This document shows positions 1 through 9,696 of a stretch of 64,000 bases of DNA, piece by piece. Under the pieces are notes generated by a model. The model was given only the letters and a program-made list of their open reading frames with translations, had not been told where the DNA came from and searched no databases. The position numbers and the translations under genes were made by a program. The stretch lies in assembly GCA_017501465.1 (NCBI GenBank), contig JAFVWY010000012.1, forward strand, positions 10,191 through 74,190, read 5' to 3'. This DNA comes from Bacilli bacterium (lineage in GTDB: Bacteria > Bacillota_I > Bacilli_A > ML615J-28 > CAG-313). The first letter of the stretch is position 1. Every line of letters starts with the position of its first letter.

Positions 1-785
1 TTTCGGTTATTAAAATGTTAACAGAAAAAGGTATTACTGTTAAAGAAAGAGACTTGATAAGCATTATTTCGATGTTAAAAAGTTATTCTCTAAGTGAAGT
101 TTTAAATTTCTTTACCAAACAAATGGTTTTTGTTAATACATTTGACGGAAGAAGTATTTCTGCAAAAACGATTAATCAAAAGAAATATTTTGAAGCATTA
201 CAAACAAGTGATATTGTTTTTGCTATTGGATCGGCAGGTAGTGGGAAAACTTATTTGGCTGTTGCATATGCTTTGAATCAATTAAAGAAAAATAAGATTA
301 AAAAGATAATTATCACCAGACCAGTTGTAGAAGCTGGTGAAAAATTAGGCTTTTTACCTGGGGATTTAAAAGAAAAAATAGATCCTTATTTAATACCAAT
401 ATATGATGCTATAGATGATATTTTAGGTGTGGAACAAGGAGCAAAAGTTATTGAAAAACAAATTATAGAGATTGCCCCTCTTGCTTATATGCGTGGTAGA
501 ACTTTAGATAATGCTTTTATTATTTTAGATGAAGCCCAAAATACGACAGAAAATCAAATGAAAATGTTTTTAACAAGACTTGGTTTTAATTCTAAGATGG
601 TTATTACAGGCGATATTACACAAATTGATTTGATGAAACCACAAAGTTCTGGCTTAATTCACGCTAGTAAGATATTAACTGGTATCAAAGAAATAAAATT
701 TATTAATTTTACTTCTATGGATGTAATGCGTCATCCATTGGTCTCTAAAATTATTTCTAAATATGAGGAACACACTAATGATTAA
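1..785 (+). CDS. phoH: PhoH-like ATPase; N-terminus lies outside the window
   Basis: Walker A GSAGSGKTYLAVAYAL and Walker B ILDEAQN; followed by ybeY as in Bacillus phoH-ybeY. Confidence 0.85.
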   Translation, partial: SVIKMLTEKGITVKERDLISIISMLKSYSLSEVLNFFTKQMVFVNTFDGRSISAKTINQKKYFEALQTSDIVFAIGSAGSGKTYLAVAYALNQLKKNKIKKIIITRPVVEAGEKLGFLPGDLKEKIDPYLIPIYDAIDDILGVEQGAKVIEKQIIEIAPLAYMRGRTLDNAFIILDEAQNTTENQMKMFLTRLGFNSKMVITGDITQIDLMKPQSSGLIHASKILTGIKEIKFINFTSMDVMRHPLVSKIISKYEEHTND

Positions 786-1221
786 AGTTAATTTTATTAA
801 TGAATATTCCTTTGATTTTAATCCAAAAAAAGTACTTAAGAAAATTTTAAAAATGGTTTGTAAAGTTGAAAAAATAAAATCAAAACATTTTGTTAGTATT
901 ATTATTGTTGATAATAAAGAGATTCAAAGAATAAATAGAGAATATCGTAATCTTGATAACCCAACTGATGTAATTAGTTTTGCTGCAATTGATGGTGAAG
1001 AGAGTTTACCAACTGAGATGGGTGATATTTTTATTTCAGTTGATAAAATTATTGATCAAGCTAATCAATATGGTCACTCTGTATTAAGAGAATTTGCATT
1101 CTTGGCTACTCATGGGATCTATCATTTATTAGGTTATGATCACATGAATAAAGAAGATGAAGAAATAATGTTTACTAAACAGGAAAACATTTTAGAAATA
1201 TTAAAAATAGGTAGGAATTAA
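763..1221 (+). CDS. ybeY: rRNA maturation endoribonuclease YbeY
   Basis: Zinc-binding HGIYHLLGYDH motif; about 150 aa; position after phoH. Confidence 0.9.
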   Translation: MRNTLMIKVNFINEYSFDFNPKKVLKKILKMVCKVEKIKSKHFVSIIIVDNKEIQRINREYRNLDNPTDVISFAAIDGEESLPTEMGDIFISVDKIIDQANQYGHSVLREFAFLATHGIYHLLGYDHMNKEDEEIMFTKQENILEILKIGRN

Positions 1222-1222
1222 A

Positions 1223-1627
1223 ATGGAAAAGAAGTATCAACTAGCCATTGAAGCTAGGGAAAATGCATACGCAGTATATTCAAATTTTAAAGTTGGTGCT
1301 TGTGTAGTATTGAAAAATGGAGAATTTGTGATAGGTTCAAATATCGAAAATTCATCATATGGGTTAACAAACTGTGCTGAAAGAAGTGCTCTTTTTGCAA
1401 GCTATTCATTAGGATATAGACAACGTGATATTGAGGAAATAATTGTTTGCACAAATAATGAAATTCCCTCATCCCCTTGCGGTGCTTGTCGCCAAGTAAT
1501 TTATGAATTAATGGAAAAAGAGGCTAAGGTTACCTTAATTAATCCCCGTCTTGAAAATACGATTAGTTTGAAAGTTAAAGACTTATTACCACTTGGTTTT
1601 GACGGAGATAAATTAAATGAAGCGTAA
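1223..1627 (+). CDS. cdd: Cytidine deaminase
   Basis: CAERSA and PCGACRQ zinc-ligand motifs; 134 aa; 4-bp overlap with era start (ybeY-cdd-era operon, no dgkA). Confidence 0.9.
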   Translation: MEKKYQLAIEARENAYAVYSNFKVGACVVLKNGEFVIGSNIENSSYGLTNCAERSALFASYSLGYRQRDIEEIIVCTNNEIPSSPCGACRQVIYELMEKEAKVTLINPRLENTISLKVKDLLPLGFDGDKLNEA

Positions 1628-2528
1628 AGAATTTAAATCGGGTTTTGTTTCTATTGTTGGCAGACCAAATGTAGGTAAAAGCACGTTATTAAATCAAATT
1701 TTACAGACAAAAGTAGCTATTGTTACACCAAAAGCTCAAACGACAAGAAACAAAATTCAAGGAATTTATACTACAAGTTGTGAACAAATTATTTTTGTTG
1801 ATACGCCAGGAATTCATAATTCATTTAATGAATTAGGAACCGTTATGAATCAGTTGGCATATGAGGCAATTGAAGGAATGGATCTTATACTATTTTTGGT
1901 TGATTCTAACATGCCTTTTTCTGATTTAGATAGAGAAATTATTGAAAAACTAAAAAAAGTTAATACACCAATTATTTTAGTCTTTAATAAGATTGATTTA
2001 ATTAAAGATGAGGAAAAATTCGATAAGCTATTTGAGGAATATAAAGTTTTAAAATGTGAAAAAATTGTAAAAATTTCGGCTGAACAAGACTTAGGTATTA
2101 GCGAATTAGTAAAATCGATCATTGAAATTTTACCGGTTGGGCCTCAGTATTATCCAGAAGATCAATTGATGGACCAACCTGAAAGATTTATGGTTGCTGA
2201 AATTATCCGTGAAAAGATTTTATTATCAACACAACAAGAAGTGCCTCATAGCGTAGCTGTTGAAATCGAAAGTTTTAAAAATGATATTGATAATCCTAAT
2301 CTTATTAATATTAATGCGACAATTGTTGTGGAAAGACTATCACAAAAGAAAATTATCATCGGGGATAAAGGTGGTAAAATTAAAAGCATTGGTATGGCAG
2401 CCAGAAAAGACATTGCCAAGTTTTTAGGGAATAAAGTATATCTAGAATTATTTGTTAAAGTTGAAGCCGATTGGCGTAATCGTAAACACTATTTAAAACA
2501 ATATGGTTATCAAGCAAATAAAAATTAA
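1617..2528 (+). CDS. era: GTPase Era
   Basis: G1 GRPNVGKST, DTPG, NKID motifs plus C-terminal KH domain. Confidence 0.95.
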   Translation: MKRKEFKSGFVSIVGRPNVGKSTLLNQILQTKVAIVTPKAQTTRNKIQGIYTTSCEQIIFVDTPGIHNSFNELGTVMNQLAYEAIEGMDLILFLVDSNMPFSDLDREIIEKLKKVNTPIILVFNKIDLIKDEEKFDKLFEEYKVLKCEKIVKISAEQDLGISELVKSIIEILPVGPQYYPEDQLMDQPERFMVAEIIREKILLSTQQEVPHSVAVEIESFKNDIDNPNLININATIVVERLSQKKIIIGDKGGKIKSIGMAARKDIAKFLGNKVYLELFVKVEADWRNRKHYLKQYGYQANKN

Positions 2529-2578
2529 AAGCATAAAATAAATAAAAATATCCATCCTATTATTAAGGAGGGATATTT

Positions 2579-2767
2579 TTGAACTTAAAAACAAGAGAAG
2601 AGTTAAGTAATGAATACTGGATGAAATTTTTAAAATCTGGTAGAATTGAAGATTATTTAGCATTCAAACGTATTAACCATACAAAAATCGATCAAGTAGA
2701 ATTCGCATCATTTGGAGAGAATAATGATAACAATACAAAAACAAAAAATACAAGGACTGATCATTAA
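2579..2767 (+). CDS. YqzL-family small protein (TTG start)
   Basis: 62-aa ORF between era and recO exactly where yqzL sits in Bacillus; RBS AAGGAGGG upstream. Confidence 0.45.
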   Translation: MNLKTREELSNEYWMKFLKSGRIEDYLAFKRINHTKIDQVEFASFGENNDNNTKTKNTRTDH

Positions 2768-3467
2768 CAACACAAGTTATAAAGAAGATTCTTTAAAAGT
2801 TACGATTTTGACTAAAAATGGACTATTTGATTATATTGTTAAAGCTGGTAAAAGAATTAATAGCAAATTAAGACCATTGGCACAGGAATTAACCTTTGTT
2901 GAAATTGTTACAACTTCTAATAAAACATTAAATACGTTAACTGAGGGCGTGGTTTTAGAAAATTATACATTGATTAAAGAAGATACTAATAAATTGTTAT
3001 CTGCTTTGGCTATCATAGAATATGGAAAAGTATTTATTAATTCATTTAATGATGTTGAACATGTTTATAATTTTATTTTAGAAATGTTAAATATCTTAAA
3101 AAAAACCAATTACTATCATGCTGGTTTGTTAATATTTGAAACAAAATTATTATATGCTGTAGGAACAGGCCCTAATTTTTCTACATGTTGTAAGTGTGGA
3201 AGTAATGATGCTTATTATTTAGATGTAACCTTAGGTGGAGCAGTGTGTAAAAATTGTTTAACAAATACTTCGTATAATCAAGAAATCACCAAATTATTTT
3301 CATTGATGTATTTCATTAAATTAAAGAATATAAATGAGGATTTTTTACAACTTATTGATAATTATTCATCTATTTTATATCAAATTACTAAGGAATATTA
3401 TGCTACTCACTTTGATTATGTTAATAAAAATCACGATTTATTAATCGAAATTTCGAAAGATAACTAA
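2712..3467 (+). CDS. recO: DNA repair protein RecO
   Basis: Size, era-recO synteny, C-terminal CxxC-x-CxxC zinc finger (CCKCGS...CKNC); true start probably an internal Met (MITIQ). Confidence 0.8.
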   Translation: MERIMITIQKQKIQGLIINNTSYKEDSLKVTILTKNGLFDYIVKAGKRINSKLRPLAQELTFVEIVTTSNKTLNTLTEGVVLENYTLIKEDTNKLLSALAIIEYGKVFINSFNDVEHVYNFILEMLNILKKTNYYHAGLLIFETKLLYAVGTGPNFSTCCKCGSNDAYYLDVTLGGAVCKNCLTNTSYNQEITKLFSLMYFIKLKNINEDFLQLIDNYSSILYQITKEYYATHFDYVNKNHDLLIEISKDN

Positions 3468-3499
3468 TTTATAGTTATCTTTTTTTAATTGTTAACACT

Positions 3500-3534
3500 A
3501 AATATTTTACTTTTTTTTACAAGTGTGGTATAAT
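3500..3534 (+). promoter_or_regulatory. Putative promoter for glyQS leader (extended -10 TGTGGTATAAT)
   Basis: TGnTATAAT at 3524-3534; weak -35. Confidence 0.4.
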
Positions 3535-3544
3535 AAGAAATAAT

Positions 3545-3760
3545 CGTTTATAAAAGTGATGAAAAATTAAAAGTTTACATTTAGTAATTATAGAGAGTTT
3601 GGATTGGTGGAAACAAACATTATTAGGTAAATTTAGGCAAATTTGGAGTTTTTATAAAAGATATAAAAGAGATAGATATGATTTCTATAAAAAGGGTGGA
3701 ACCGCGGATTATAATTCGTCCCTTTGATTTTTAGTCTGAGGACTTTAAATATGGAGGTTT
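3545..3760 (+). promoter_or_regulatory. T-box riboswitch leader (glycine-specific, GGC specifier candidate)
   Basis: Conserved T-box AAAAGGGTGGAACCGCGG at 3690-3709 immediately upstream of glyQS; candidate specifier GGC-A in TTAGGCAAA at ~3625. Confidence 0.65.
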
Positions 3761-3761
3761 T

Positions 3762-5132
3762 ATGCAAATTACAATGGAAAAATTAGTAACTTTCTTAAAA
3801 GAAAAAGGTTTTGTTTACCAAGGAAGTGAAATTTACGGAGGTTTAGCAAATTCATGGGATTATGGACCATTAGGTGTTGAACTTCAAAACAATCTTAAAC
3901 AATTATGGTGGAAATACTTTGTTAGAGATTCTGAATACAATGTTGGTTTAGATGCGGGTATCTTAATGAATCCGGAAACTTGGGTTGCAAGTGGACACGT
4001 TGGTGGATTTAGTGATCCTTTGATTGACTGTAAACAATGTCATTCTCGTTTTAGAGCAGATAAATTAATTGAAGATGCGACTAATGGTGATGTAACAGGT
4101 GATGGTTTCTCTAATGAACAATTAATCAATTTTATTAAAGAACATAATATCGGTTGTCCATCTTGTGGAAGTCATGATTTTACTGATATTCGTCAATTTA
4201 ATCTAATGTTTAAAACTAACCAAGGGGTTATTGAGGATGTTAAAAATACAATTTATTTACGTCCAGAAACTGCTCAAGGTATTTTTGTAAACTTTAAAAA
4301 TGTTCAAAGAACATCAAGAATGAAAGTTCCTTTTGGTATTGGCCAAATTGGTAAAAGTTTTAGAAATGAAATTACACCAGGTAATTTTATTTTTAGAACT
4401 AGAGAATTTGAACAAATGGAATTGGAATTTTTCTGTAAACCAGGAACAGATATGGAATGGTTTGAATATTGGAAACAATTCTGTCGTGATTTCTTAACCA
4501 TGTTAGGATTAAAAGACGAATACATTAGAACTAGAGATCATGAAAAAGAAGAACTTTCCCACTATTCAACTGCCACTACCGACTTTGAATTTAAATTCCC
4601 ATTTGGTTGGGGTGAATTATGGGGTATTGCTGATAGAACTGATTATGATTTAAGAGTTCATCAAAATCATTCTAAAGTTAATATGGAATATCTAGATCCA
4701 GTAACTAATGAAAAATATTTACCTTATGTTATTGAACCAAGTGTAGGTGTTGGTAGATTAATGCTTGCTATTTTAAGTAATGCATATGAAGCTGAAGTCC
4801 AAGAAGATGGTGAAATACGTGAAGTATTACATTTAATACCTCAACTTGCACCATTTAAAGTAGCTGTTTTACCTTTAGTTAATAAACTAAGTGAAAAGGC
4901 AACTGAAATTTATCATGATTTAAGAAAATTGATGCCTACTGATTATGATACTTCAGGTAAAATTGGTAAACGCTATAGAAGACAAGATGCTATTGGTACT
5001 CCTTATTGTGTTACAGTTGATTTTGATTCTATCGAAAAAGGAACTGTTACTGTAAGAAATAGAGATACTATGGAACAAGAAGTTGTTGAAATTAGCAATC
5101 TAAAAGCATATTTATTAGAAAAAGTTTGTTAA
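3762..5132 (+). CDS. glyQS: Glycyl-tRNA synthetase, single-chain alpha2 type
   Basis: 456 aa class II aaRS with [25 protein letters not shown] motif region typical of GlyQS. Confidence 0.95.
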   Translation: MQITMEKLVTFLKEKGFVYQGSEIYGGLANSWDYGPLGVELQNNLKQLWWKYFVRDSEYNVGLDAGILMNPETWVASGHVGGFSDPLIDCKQCHSRFRADKLIEDATNGDVTGDGFSNEQLINFIKEHNIGCPSCGSHDFTDIRQFNLMFKTNQGVIEDVKNTIYLRPETAQGIFVNFKNVQRTSRMKVPFGIGQIGKSFRNEITPGNFIFRTREFEQMELEFFCKPGTDMEWFEYWKQFCRDFLTMLGLKDEYIRTRDHEKEELSHYSTATTDFEFKFPFGWGELWGIADRTDYDLRVHQNHSKVNMEYLDPVTNEKYLPYVIEPSVGVGRLMLAILSNAYEAEVQEDGEIREVLHLIPQLAPFKVAVLPLVNKLSEKATEIYHDLRKLMPTDYDTSGKIGKRYRRQDAIGTPYCVTVDFDSIEKGTVTVRNRDTMEQEVVEISNLKAYLLEKVC

Positions 5133-5200
5133 TTTTTCAAAAAAAAGAGTAAATTTTAAAAAAATAAAGTATTATATAGGTATAGGAAGGAGGTATTGTT

Positions 5201-6958
5201 ATGATATCACAAGAAATTATTAATCAAATAATAGATAAAGTGAATATTGCAGAAGTTATTTCTGAATATATCCAAGTGTTACCTGATGGTACGGGCTTTA
5301 AATCTGTATGTCCATTTCATAATGATACTAATCCTTCAATGAAAATAAGCCCTAATAAAAAAATATTTAAATGTTTTAGCTGTGGCGCTGGTGGTAATGT
5401 AATCCAATTTGTATCAAGATATGAAAAAATTGGTTTTACTGAGGCTGTTAGCAAACTTGCTAAAAGAATAGGTATTGAAATTCAAACTAATGTTGATCCA
5501 AATTATGAAACTAAAAAAAGATTCTATCAAATTTTAGAAGAAAGTTGTAATTTCTTTACTTTCTATTTAGAAAACTCTGATGAGGGGAAGATAGCTTTAA
5601 ATTATTTGGAAAAACGTGGTATTACAAAAGAAATAATCAAACATTTTCAAATTGGTCTTGCTCCAAAAGAAGATGATTATTTGCATAAAGCATTAGAACA
5701 AAATGCTTTTAGCATAATTGATCAAATTGAATCAGGAATGGTTAGAAAACGTAATGATGACAGTATTGTAGATTCTTTTAGAGCACGAATTATGTTTCCT
5801 ATTCATGATATTAATAATCGTGTAGTTGGATTTAGTGGTCGTACATATTTAGAAAATGATAAATCACCAAAGTATATTAACTCTAATGAAAACTTAATTT
5901 TCCATAAGAGCGAAGTTTTGTATAATTATGCAAGAGCTAATGAATTTGCTAGAAAAGAAGATACTGTATTTGTTTTCGAAGGATTTATGGATGTTATTGC
6001 TGCATATAAAGCAGGAGTAAATAATGCAGTTGCTACAATGGGAACTGCACTTACTAAACAACATCTTAAATCACTTCAAGCACTAGCATCTAAAATTGTT
6101 TTATGTTTTGATGGTGATAATGCTGGTATAAATGCTACCTATAAAGCTGCTAGTGTATTTTCAACAGTTAATGCAATTCCGTATGCGGTTAGTTTACCTG
6201 ATAGTATGGACCCTGATGAATATCAAGTTAAATATGGAAGTGAAGCATTAAATAAATATTTATATGAAAACCAACAAAATGTTTATGACTATATTTACAA
6301 TGTTGCAAAGCAAGATTTAATAAAATCGGATGTAGTAAGTGTTTCAAGATTCAAAGAAAAAGTTTTTGCTTTCTTGAAATTTGCCAATAACACGATTAAA
6401 GAATTCTATATTAATCGCATGTGTATCGATTTAGATATGGATCAAAATGCTTTACTTGCGGATTTAGGTGAAGTATCACAAAGAGAACATGTACCAGTGC
6501 AAGTTAGTGAAATGCCTAAAAAACAAATTATTAAGCCGATCCCTAAAAAGATTTTTTCTGCTTTAGATATAATTATCAAACATGCTATATATAATAAGGA
6601 AGAATTTACTAGTTATTACTGTGATTATCATAGTTATTTACCAATCGTTGATTTTTCTGATTATTATGAAATTTTATTTAGAATTGCTGAACAATATACG
6701 ACTAAAGATACGATTGATATTGAACAATTAAAAGAAAGTTTTATTGAAAATTCTTCTGAACAACTTTTATTAAATAAAATATTAGAGTTCAATTTTGTAG
6801 ATTTAGAAAGTAAAAAAGAATTTGAAGATTGTTTAAAACAAATTAAAGATTATTCAGCTAAAAAATATAAAAATGCTAAATTTTTAGGTGCATTAGAAAA
6901 TGATGATATGATTAGTGAATATTTTAATTTTTTAAAAACATTAATTATTATACAGTAG
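5201..6958 (+). CDS. dnaG: DNA primase
   Basis: N-terminal zinc ribbon [10 protein letters not shown]...[28 protein letters not shown]; dnaG-sigA operon. Confidence 0.95.
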   Translation: MISQEIINQIIDKVNIAEVISEYIQVLPDGTGFKSVCPFHNDTNPSMKISPNKKIFKCFSCGAGGNVIQFVSRYEKIGFTEAVSKLAKRIGIEIQTNVDPNYETKKRFYQILEESCNFFTFYLENSDEGKIALNYLEKRGITKEIIKHFQIGLAPKEDDYLHKALEQNAFSIIDQIESGMVRKRNDDSIVDSFRARIMFPIHDINNRVVGFSGRTYLENDKSPKYINSNENLIFHKSEVLYNYARANEFARKEDTVFVFEGFMDVIAAYKAGVNNAVATMGTALTKQHLKSLQALASKIVLCFDGDNAGINATYKAASVFSTVNAIPYAVSLPDSMDPDEYQVKYGSEALNKYLYENQQNVYDYIYNVAKQDLIKSDVVSVSRFKEKVFAFLKFANNTIKEFYINRMCIDLDMDQNALLADLGEVSQREHVPVQVSEMPKKQIIKPIPKKIFSALDIIIKHAIYNKEEFTSYYCDYHSYLPIVDFSDYYEILFRIAEQYTTKDTIDIEQLKESFIENSSEQLLLNKILEFNFVDLESKKEFEDCLKQIKDYSAKKYKNAKFLGALENDDMISEYFNFLKTLIIIQ

Positions 6959-6966
6959 GAGGTATT

Positions 6967-8235
6967 ATGGAAGAATTATATAAAAATGAATTGCAACAAT
7001 TAAAAGATTTTGCAGAAAAAGAACAATATTTACCTTTAACAAAGATTTTAGAGGTATTTCAAAATCCTAATGAAGAGTTATTAGATGATATTGTTAAATA
7101 TTTAGAAAATGAAGGAATTGAAATTACACGTGAAAGTGATGAAATTCCTGATGAAATGGATTTAATGGTAGAAAAAGTTGATGATGACTTCGAAGGATTT
7201 GGGGAAGAAGTAGAAATTGATGAAGAATTAGAAGAATTAACTGCTGTATGTGAAATTGAAATCAAAGTAGCTGACTTTGAAGATTTCTCATCTTCATCTC
7301 ATCAAGCGGATGACCCAGTTAAGATGTATTTAAGAGACATTGGTCAAGTTGATTTATTAACTATTACGCAAGAATCTGAATTTGCTAGAACTGTCCAAGA
7401 AGGCTTAGCATCAAAAGAAAAAATAGAGGTTTTTAAGAAACTTGGAAAAGCTATTTCTGAGGAAGAAATGAAAAACTTACAAGAAAAGATTCAAAGAGGT
7501 GATGAAGCTAGAGACATCTTAATTGAATCTAACTTAAGATTGGTAGTTTCTATTGCTAAACGATATCTTGGTAGAGGATTGCCACTACTTGATTTAATAC
7601 AAGAAGGTAATATGGGGTTAATTAAAGCGGTTTATAAATTTGATCCTACAAAAGGATTTAAATTTTCAACATACGCTACTTGGTGGATAAGACAATCTAT
7701 CACTCGTGCAATAGCAGACCAAGGTAGAACAATTCGTATTCCAGTTCACATGGTTGAAACAATTAATAAATTGATGAGAATCACTAGAAAATTAACTCAA
7801 GAAAAAAGAAGAGAACCTACTCCAGAAGAAATCGCTGCTGAAATGAAAATCTCTGTTGAAAAAGTTCAACAAATTCAAAAAATTGCTCAAGAGCCATCTT
7901 CATTGGATGCAACTGTCGGGGAAGAAGAAGATACAAATTTAGGTGATTTCATTGCTGATACAGAAATTCAAAATCCATTAGAATATACTGAAGGACAAAT
8001 CTTTAGAGAAGAAATAGAAGCTGTTTTACAAACTTTAACTCCTCGTGAAGAAAAAGTTATTCGTTTGCGATATGGATTAGATGATAATAGAGCTAGAACA
8101 CTAGAAGAAGTTGGTAAGGCATTTGGCGTTACAAGAGAAAGAATTCGCCAAATTGAAGCTAAAGCGATTAGACGTCTACGCCATCCTACTCGTCTAAAAA
8201 GATTACAACAACACCGAACTAGTAATTTGAAATAA
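6967..8235 (+). CDS. sigA: RNA polymerase sigma-70 factor RpoD/SigA
   Basis: Regions 2-4 conserved ([25 protein letters not shown], 4.2 [22 protein letters not shown]), acidic N-terminal region. Confidence 0.95.
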   Translation: MEELYKNELQQLKDFAEKEQYLPLTKILEVFQNPNEELLDDIVKYLENEGIEITRESDEIPDEMDLMVEKVDDDFEGFGEEVEIDEELEELTAVCEIEIKVADFEDFSSSSHQADDPVKMYLRDIGQVDLLTITQESEFARTVQEGLASKEKIEVFKKLGKAISEEEMKNLQEKIQRGDEARDILIESNLRLVVSIAKRYLGRGLPLLDLIQEGNMGLIKAVYKFDPTKGFKFSTYATWWIRQSITRAIADQGRTIRIPVHMVETINKLMRITRKLTQEKRREPTPEEIAAEMKISVEKVQQIQKIAQEPSSLDATVGEEEDTNLGDFIADTEIQNPLEYTEGQIFREEIEAVLQTLTPREEKVIRLRYGLDDNRARTLEEVGKAFGVTRERIRQIEAKAIRRLRHPTRLKRLQQHRTSNLK

Positions 8236-8918
8236 TGATCTTATCGAAACGTTTATCTAAAGTTTTAGATTATATTGATAATTTGGATATTGTTGCAGAT
8301 ATTGGTGCAGATCATGGATATTTATCTTTAGAAATGCTTAATAAAGGAGTTCAATTCATTCAAGTAGTAGAAAATAAAATTGAACCCTTAAAAAGAGCTC
8401 AATTAACTTTAGGGTTTCCAAATAATATCAAATATAGTCTATCGGATGGAATTAGTGATTTAGATGAAAAGATTAATACAGTTACCATTTGTGGTATGGG
8501 TGGTTTAAATATCGTTGAAATATTAAATAATAATCTAAGTACTGCAAAAAGATTAAAAAAATTAATTTTACAAGCTAATTCAAAAGTTTATGAATTAAGG
8601 AAATTCTTAAATTTATCAGGATTTTTAATTGATGAAGAAGAAATAGTTTATGAAAAAGGTAGTTATTATGAGATAATTGTGTGTCATTATGATGAATTTT
8701 CACAAACAAATATTTCCGAGGAAGAATTATTTTTTGGACCTATTTTACTAAAAAAACAGTCACTTGATTTTATAAGTAAGTACGAACAAAAATTAAATCT
8801 TTACCTAAATATCTTAAATAATAACGATATTTCAAACAATGAAGATATAGAATCTTTACAAAATAATATAAATTTAATCAAACAATATGTAAAAGGTGAT
8901 TGGTATGGTCAAAATTAA
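8235..8918 (+). CDS. trmK: tRNA (adenine22-N1)-methyltransferase TrmK
   Basis: DIGADHGYL SAM-binding motif, GMGG; precedes nif3 as yqfN-yqfO in Bacillus. Confidence 0.8.
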   Translation: MILSKRLSKVLDYIDNLDIVADIGADHGYLSLEMLNKGVQFIQVVENKIEPLKRAQLTLGFPNNIKYSLSDGISDLDEKINTVTICGMGGLNIVEILNNNLSTAKRLKKLILQANSKVYELRKFLNLSGFLIDEEEIVYEKGSYYEIIVCHYDEFSQTNISEEELFFGPILLKKQSLDFISKYEQKLNLYLNILNNNDISNNEDIESLQNNINLIKQYVKGDWYGQN

Positions 8919-9687
8919 CGACATTTTTAACTATATGACGTCATTGTATCCAATTGAATTTGCCTCAAATTTTGATATTGGCAAAGTTGGATTACAATTT
9001 GGTAGTATGGATGATACAGTTAATAAAGTAATTTTGTGTTTAGATATTACTGATGAGGTAATTGATGAGGCAATTAGTAAAGGTGTAAATTTGATTATCG
9101 CACATCATCCTTTTATGTTTACCCCTTTAGTAAATTTGAATTATGATTCAATTTTTGGTAAAAAATTACTTAAGATATTTAATAATCGGATAAATATTAT
9201 GGCTTTCCATACTAATTTTGACGTTGCAAATGAGGGTATGAATGATACACTATCAAAAAGACTTGGTTTAAAAAATATTAAAATGACAACTAATGAATTA
9301 GGTAGTGAAAGTTTTGTAAGAATCGGTGAATGTGAAAAAACAAATTTAAAAGATTATTGCTTAATTGTGAAAAAGGCATTCGCCTTAGATGTGGTAAGAG
9401 TGGCTGGAAATTTAAATAAAGAAATTACTAAAGTTGCAATAGTTGGTGGAAGCGGATCATCATCTTATCACGAAACGTTAAAAAATGGCGCAGATGTTTT
9501 TATAACTGGTCAAATACCTCATCATTTAGGTTTTGATGCGGTAGAAAACAATTTTGCTTTAATTGAAGTTTCGCACGGAATTGAGTTTTTTGGTGTAGAA
9601 ACAATGAAAAAACAATTAGAAGAACAGTTTAAGACAATTGAATTTATTATTACAAATTGTAATATGGATCCTTTTGTGGCTATATAG
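8896..9687 (+). CDS. Nif3-family dinuclear metal centre protein (YqfO-like)
   Basis: IAHHP and HxxxE..SHG pattern of NIF3 family; synteny after trmK. Confidence 0.8.
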   Translation: MIGMVKINDIFNYMTSLYPIEFASNFDIGKVGLQFGSMDDTVNKVILCLDITDEVIDEAISKGVNLIIAHHPFMFTPLVNLNYDSIFGKKLLKIFNNRINIMAFHTNFDVANEGMNDTLSKRLGLKNIKMTTNELGSESFVRIGECEKTNLKDYCLIVKKAFALDVVRVAGNLNKEITKVAIVGGSGSSSYHETLKNGADVFITGQIPHHLGFDAVENNFALIEVSHGIEFFGVETMKKQLEEQFKTIEFIITNCNMDPFVAI

Positions 9688-9696
9688 GAGGATAAT

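Noticed and set aside
1287-2122. Minus-strand ORFs 1287-1472 and 1850-2122 overlapping cdd and era
   Set aside because: Antisense to strongly supported genes, low-complexity AT-codon translations, no motifs; spurious.
4304-7265. Minus-strand ORFs 4304-4525 and 7059-7265 inside glyQS and sigA
   Set aside because: Antisense shadows; 7059-7265 is a Ser-rich translation of the acidic repeat region of sigA.
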